From Octopus vulgaris (taxonomy: Eukaryota), in the NCBI GenBank assembly GCA_951406725.2, contig OX597826.1, positions 50,344,001-50,408,000 of the forward strand: DNA of 64,000 nucleotides, written 5' to 3'. A program made the translations under genes and the position numbers. The notes below the pieces were generated by a model, which saw only the letters and a program-made list of their open reading frames with translations, made no database searches and was not told the DNA's origin. The stretch's first letter is position 1. Each line of letters starts with the position of its first letter. Positions 63,512-64,000 of the stretch are shown here, one piece after another.

Positions 63512-64000
63512 GCACAGTCACTATTTTACAGGTTGTTTGGTGTCTGTGTTTGTACAGCCAGATTTCAATACTTGTGCTATGCATTTTATCATCATACGGT
63601 TAGACTTGTAGCTGTTTTCCACTTTTATGAAGTGAAAATAAATAGCAAAAACATTTATTTAAACCCTTTTGACACCGACCTGTTTAAAACCATTTGTTTT
63701 AAAGTGATCTAAATTAAAATCATCCATCAAAATTTCATGTTAATTTATGTTCTAAACACCAGCTTATTGTATTATCCAGCAAACAATTTGATGTAGTATA
63801 TAATGTAAATATGTAGTGTGAACATTCAAGCCTCATCGTTATTTTTACCTAATCCTGCTGTACTTCACATGGAATTTTAAGTCTTTGAAATTTAATCTTA
63901 GTGTATAAGTTGACCTACCCCTTTTGACTATAAATTTTGGTCTGAAAAATTAAACTTGATTGCTAGAAAATATGATAATGACAAAATTATTTGAATAAGT

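Overview
AT-rich eukaryotic genomic DNA, most likely an octopus (judged from the SINE families). Bases 138-25448 carry 16 consecutive + strand coding exons of THOC2 (THO complex subunit 2, TREX mRNA export). They total 2124 nt (708 codons), all introns are GT-AG with consistent phases, and the gene starts upstream of the window. The 3' end of the gene cannot be fixed from sequence alone. It may read through to a stop at 25472, splice to an alternative last exon at 26001, or splice to small K/S-rich exons at 39927 and 46120. The introns are dense with SINEs (three families), TTAA-flanked MITEs, Helitrons, and Tc1/mariner, RTE-LINE and Penelope-like remnants. The most unusual part is the ~38 kb after exon P. 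It opens with a 3.6-kb block free of recognisable transposons, followed by a chain of short unique islands bounded by splice-site-like motifs and mostly containing stop codons, plus several hairpins. This could be a poison/decoy-exon or non-coding tail system on THOC2, but that is inference only. No prokaryotic features or CRISPR arrays were seen. Repeat boundaries without a TSD or TIR are approximate.
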